Assembly (NCBI GenBank): GCA_963764715.1
Contig: CAVXTP010000003.1
Coordinates: 1 to 64,000, forward strand
Direction of reading: 5' to 3'
Source: an uncultured Acidobacteriota bacterium
Lineage (GTDB): Bacteria > Acidobacteriota > Thermoanaerobaculia > UBA5066 > Gp7-AA6
DNA length: 64,000 bases
The position numbers were made by a program, and so were the translations under genes. The notes under the pieces are model-generated. The model did not search any database, was not told the origin of the DNA, and was given only the letters and a program-made list of their open reading frames with translations. Position 1 is the stretch's first letter, and each line of letters starts with the position of its first letter. Below are positions 60,901 to 64,000 of the stretch, piece by piece.

Positions 60901-63637
60901 CGCTCGTCGGCGGCGGGAACACGCTGTTGACGAAGTAGTTGTACGCGTCGAGCAGCGCTCCGGCGAGCGGCGTGCACGAGGCCGTGAGCGCGACTTCCTT
61001 GGCGTCTTCCTCGAGCCGATAGGCGTCCTCGGCCGGCTGCGAGGAGTCGTAGCTGACGATCGACGACGTGAACCGCAGCAGCCGCTTGATCGCGGTCTCG
61101 GGCGAGTTGCCGCCCGGGTAGTCGGTGCCCAGCCACTCGCGGCGGAACGGGACGACGGGCCAGTCGGCCGGCGACGCCGGCGGGTTGGCGGGATAGACAC
61201 CCGGGAGGGCTGCATCCGGAGGCCCGAGGGCGCTCGGCGCCGCGCCGGGGAAGCCCTTGAAGGTGTTGAAGTGCGCGAGGCCGCCGCAGTCCTGCGAGTA
61301 CGGGTCGCAACCGATGATGCCCAGGGGACAGGACGGTCCCGCCAGCGCGTCGCTCGGGAACTGGCCGCTCGGCCGCGGGCGCTCCTTGTCGTAGATCGCC
61401 GAGTACATGCCCTGGTTCCGGCGGTCGGAGATCGAGGCCGCGTCGGACTTTCCATCGGCGTCGTTGTCCGGCGCCGCCGGGCATCCGAGCGCGAGGCTCG
61501 GGCAGGAGCCCCACGGCGGATTGCCGTTCAGGGTGTCGCTCGCCTGGAACTGCGGCGGCAGGTCGTAGAGGTCGCCGCGGACGTACTTGATGTCGACTTC
61601 CTGGAGGAACACGAGCGAATTGTCCGGGTCCGCCTGCGGATCGTCGAAGCCGCGCATGAAGTTCGGCGACGCCGGAAGCGGGATCAGGTTCGCCGGAGCC
61701 GGCTCGCCCGGATCGATGACGCCGTTGCCGTTGTTGTCGATGAACGCGCACTGGCGCGTGGCGTCGTAGGGGCACGGAGCGCAGACGAGCTGTCCTCCCC
61801 CCGTGTACGAGGCCGGGATGCCCGGGCAGGGGCTCGCCGGCGGCGGCGGAGGCGGCGCCATCGCGAAGAGGCCGCGGATGACCGGCGCGAGCCAGTTGGC
61901 GATCGCGGGCAGGACGCTCTTCGGCGGCATCGCGCCGCCGGGAAGCGTCGGAACGAGCGTCGGCGTCCGCGTCGGGGTCTCGGTCGGGGTGTTCGTCGCC
62001 GTCCGCGTGGCGGTGTTCGAGGCCGTGAACGTCGCCGTGTTCGTCGCCGTCCGCGTGGCCGTCCGGGACGGGGTGAAGGTCGCCGTGTTGCTCGGCGTGT
62101 TGGTCGCCGTGCGGGTCGCCGTCGCGGTCCGCGTAAACGTCCGCGTCGGGGTATTGGATGCCGTGAACGTCCGCGTCGCCGTCGCGGTGTTGCTCGGGGT
62201 GTTGGTCACCGTCGCCGTGTTGGTCGCCGTCCGCGTGGCCGTCCGGGTCGGCGTTCTGGACGCCGTGAACGTCCGCGTCGGCGTGTTCGTCCGGGTGCGC
62301 GTGGGCGTGTTCGAGCGCGTGAACGTGCGCGTCGGCGTTCTCGACGCCGTGAACGTGCGGGTGGCCGTGAAGGTGTTCGTCGGCGTACGGGTCGGCGAAG
62401 GCGTGAACGTGTTCGTGACCGTGAAAGTCCGGGTCGCCGTCGACGTGTTCGTCGGCGTGAACGTCTGAGTTCCCGTGAACGTCGGCGTCCTCGTCGAGGA
62501 CGGCGTGAACGTCGAGGTTCCCGTGAACGTGGGCGTGGCGGTCGACGTCTGCGAGGCGGTGAACGTGGTCGTCGGGGTCGACGTCGCCGTGCGGGTCGGC
62601 GTCGCCGACGCGGTATTGGACGGCGTGAACGTCGGCGTCGAGGTCGCCGTGTTGGTCGGCGTCGAGGTCTCCGTCGCGGTGAACGTCGCCGTCGGCGTCG
62701 GCGTCTCGGTCGGCGTCGGCGTCTCGGTGAAGCTCGGCGTGAAGGTCGGCGTGTCGGTCGGGGTGTTCGTCGGCGTATCGGGCGGCGGTCCCCACTCCTC
62801 GACGTGCACGACGACGAAGGGGTCCGAGTAGTTGCCGGTGATCATCCGCATGCGCAGCTCGCGCCCGGGGCGGGCGGTGTTGCGGTAGACGACGAGGCCC
62901 TCGTTCAGGCCGTGCGGGCCGAACGCTCCGCGCCAGTTGCCCGGGACCGGGCCGGGGTACGGCGGCCGCGGGTCCGGATTGGCGGGCGGGATCGTGAACG
63001 GGCCCTGGTCCACGGGCTGTCCGAGCGTGCCGTACAGCCGCATGACCTTGTGGCCCATCTGGAGGAACCGGCCCTGCTGCACGTCCGGCCACAGGGCCGG
63101 CGCGAACACGGAGCTGATCGAGGCGCCCGTCGGGTAGACCGAGTCGGCGAAGTAGAGCCACTCGAGACCGCCGTTCTCGAGGGTCTTTCCGGTCACCTTC
63201 GCGCCGCCGATCGGGTATCCGGGCAGCGGGTCGCCGGAGTTGGCCCCGGCCGACGTGTCGGCCGCTCCGAACGTCTGCTCGGGGTTCCGGTAGTAGGAGA
63301 ACGCCCAGTTGACGCCGGACGCGTTGGTCAGGACCTGGCGGAGAACGCTCTTGGCCACCGCGAACTTGGAGCCCGGGGTCGCGACCGTGCCCTCGGGATA
63401 GATGAAGTCGTCCATGAACGCCGGCAGCCGGTAGGTGTCCGAGAAGTCGTTGTTCATGGAGTAGGACGAATCGAGGATCAGGAGCACGTTCGTGTTGGCG
63501 CCGGCGTTGGCCTGGAGAAGCTGGCGGTCGTCGGGACGCGCGGGCGAAGCCATCAGAAAGAGGGCCAGAAACGTGGTCGCCACCCGGTGGCGTTCCGCGA
63601 ATCCGATGAGGCCGCTGGATCTCCGATGGTGTCGCAT
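57902..63637 (-). CDS. pilY1: PilY1/PilC-type type IV pilus tip adhesin (vWA plus beta-propeller) with Thr-rich insert
   Basis: [21 protein letters not shown] (vWA); [43 protein letters not shown]. Confidence 0.88.
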   Translation of the reverse strand: MRHHRRSSGLIGFAERHRVATTFLALFLMASPARPDDRQLLQANAGANTNVLLILDSSYSMNNDFSDTYRLPAFMDDFIYPEGTVATPGSKFAVAKSVLRQVLTNASGVNWAFSYYRNPEQTFGAADTSAGANSGDPLPGYPIGGAKVTGKTLENGGLEWLYFADSVYPTGASISSVFAPALWPDVQQGRFLQMGHKVMRLYGTLGQPVDQGPFTIPPANPDPRPPYPGPVPGNWRGAFGPHGLNEGLVVYRNTARPGRELRMRMITGNYSDPFVVVHVEEWGPPPDTPTNTPTDTPTFTPSFTETPTPTETPTPTATFTATETSTPTNTATSTPTFTPSNTASATPTRTATSTPTTTFTASQTSTATPTFTGTSTFTPSSTRTPTFTGTQTFTPTNTSTATRTFTVTNTFTPSPTRTPTNTFTATRTFTASRTPTRTFTRSNTPTRTRTNTPTRTFTASRTPTRTATRTATNTATVTNTPSNTATATRTFTASNTPTRTFTRTATATRTATNTPSNTATFTPSRTATRTATNTATFTASNTATRTATNTPTETPTRTPTLVPTLPGGAMPPKSVLPAIANWLAPVIRGLFAMAPPPPPPASPCPGIPASYTGGGQLVCAPCPYDATRQCAFIDNNGNGVIDPGEPAPANLIPLPASPNFMRGFDDPQADPDNSLVFLQEVDIKYVRGDLYDLPPQFQASDTLNGNPPWGSCPSLALGCPAAPDNDADGKSDAASISDRRNQGMYSAIYDKERPRPSGQFPSDALAGPSCPLGIIGCDPYSQDCGGLAHFNTFKGFPGAAPSALGPPDAALPGVYPANPPASPADWPVVPFRREWLGTDYPGGNSPETAIKRLLRFTSSIVSYDSSQPAEDAYRLEEDAKEVALTASCTPLAGALLDAYNYFVNSVFPPPTSGAPDPAIDCRNYIIVFITDGHDEAGSDPCVGGTSGNGAAGDLGVVPLPESAPGRRAAAAALDPSVRVNGIPVYVVGLNTNPAFFPALNCIATNSGGKLFAVSDRTALLSVLESLLDFKRTANYFASPSVPAFAGGFGDTAQVGSVVPSHLNTNGDLSSWSIWNGSIKSYQLDSNGLIPVVTAAAATVTPTSAGPTNTPSAATPTPTPAVVANDYADETDPNNANPALRKPVWSAGRVLGYTDPRSDLAAGAASVAAAPSSRAPAISVWPGRKMIWAGTTAGVPLTRADLMPNTGNCTGGCFDSLITAMGLDPASAADRKLATLTVQFLRGGISAFGRRDEVLNDPTIRPPTIGTIGPATGDEQRYSYFYQDDAPAPGDPPQVRTDDDGTPPAGYAHKLGDIFHSEPLMLEPPRYFQYLSANLTPRTSSSTFGQPYLDFATLQAKRRKVVFAGANDGFLHAFDGGVWGRDTANFAQTHDLGTGREIFAYSPRIVMDSKFPNLLNFPPLPQYFVDGSTATADVFIDPAFVGTPDETERVWRTVLVGGLRQGGQGYYALDVTQPDDIDTVTGSPTFGEIVGDKDASPACLDGGGTSCVAGAATGRQYPTIMWEFADVGAACSDACGTVGAPLGETWSRPVIGRIKVIDPSSPTADASGFDDRYVAIFGGGYDPSFTPGDDVSAKLGTGTVIRGRSFYMIDVETGRIIYKSTRGVDGGGAPVDFAPMPAPPAVVDYNDDGYLDAAYIGDVNGHMWRVDLTPDASASPKRGEITAGQAHGYAPFMLFDGCELAAGTCTNKWPVFFEPGVVYVGGAGSPPVLGISFGTGNRAELARPNTQPQDFFYVVDTGQTTKTFVKADLHDLTPPGGTPCPLPYTGVCTNAANGFVLEYGSLNEKTTSTVFSTRGYLSLITFTPDSVSPCATNGSSYRYRFFYQTGQGYYGTTGSYADYQENLGEGMAAASQSVSPDGDTIDTTLTTSGGIEQQVTPNVIHTIEQNWKEQQQ
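61946..62776 (-). repeat. Intragenic alternating-Thr (T-x)n low-complexity repeat
   Basis: [18 protein letters not shown]..; degenerate 6-nt periodicity. Confidence 0.9.
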
Positions 63638-63648
63638 GGGACGTCTCC

Positions 63649-64000
63649 TCAGAAGGGCAACCGGGCCGGAAGAGGCCCGATCTCGGCGTCGGCCACGAGC
63701 GCCTTGGAGTACTGCAGGAAGGCATCGTTCTGCTCGCCCGTCGAGCGGACCTCGAGCGAGTACATGTACTGGGCGCGGGAGCCCTGCTCGTTGATGATCC
63801 CGCCGCGCGCCGGGCGCCGCCCGAGGCGGCCGGGGTTGGTCACCCGCACCTGGATGTCGTCGGCCCCGATGAAGCCGAGGGTCTGGCGGAACCGGTGGCT
63901 CGACATGTTGAAGAGGACCGTGCCGAAGAGGTTCGGCGCGCCCGGCGCCCCGAACTCCGGCCGCGTCAGGAAGCCCCGCGGATCGTCGAGCTCCACGCCC
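63649..64000 (-). CDS. C-terminal part of probable PilX-like minor pilin, truncated by window edge
   Basis: Open frame directly upstream of pilY1, ending ..[15 protein letters not shown]; the call is positional. Confidence 0.5.
   Translation of the reverse strand, partial: GVELDDPRGFLTRPEFGAPGAPNLFGTVLFNMSSHRFRQTLGFIGADDIQVRVTNPGRLGRRPARGGIINEQGSRAQYMYSLEVRSTGEQNDAFLQYSKALVADAEIGPLPARLPF

Noticed and set aside
61946-62776. Possible CRISPR or other non-coding repeat array
   Set aside because: Degenerate codon-level periodicity within an open frame; no constant repeat with unique spacers and no cas genes
61803-62831. Val-rich repetitive plus-strand ORFs
   Set aside because: Reverse complement of the Thr codons in the PilY1 repeat

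Overview
GC-rich (roughly 70%), gene-dense bacterial chromosomal segment. A GWxTD protein, Oar-type TonB-dependent receptors (TBDRs) and a kinase-TonB fusion suggest Acidobacteriota, but this is inference. No rRNA, tRNA, CRISPR array, transposase or prophage is visible. In order, it holds: (1) a polyferredoxin-HEAT-Rieske-cytochrome b operon running off the left edge; (2) YyaL, HDAC, LssY-like and penicillin-acylase genes; (3) a UbiA prenyltransferase coupled to a fused phytol-kinase-like/DUF92 protein; (4) an S9 peptidase, rmlD/B/A, lptD, a CoA-transferase pair, a frameshifted methyltransferase and a thiolase; (5) ruvX-mltG; (6) an envelope locus of about 19 kb; (7) an acyl-CoA carboxylase trio, tldD/E and selA; (8) a sigma54 activator and type IV pilus minor genes, including a 1911-aa PilY1 with a ~275-aa alternating-Thr insert. 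The envelope locus is the best candidate for an undescribed system. It has three tandem, mosaic, Cys-rich TBDR paralogues, each with its own sigma54-like promoter and terminator. They are followed by GWxTD, a double-retropepsin lipoprotein and two DsbC-like paralogues flanking an AlkP-TPR lipoprotein, and they face a pseudokinase-TonB fusion. Many long ORFs in the supplied track are antisense or off-frame shadows, so starts were re-picked by hand. All calls rest on motifs recognised by eye; no database searches were run.
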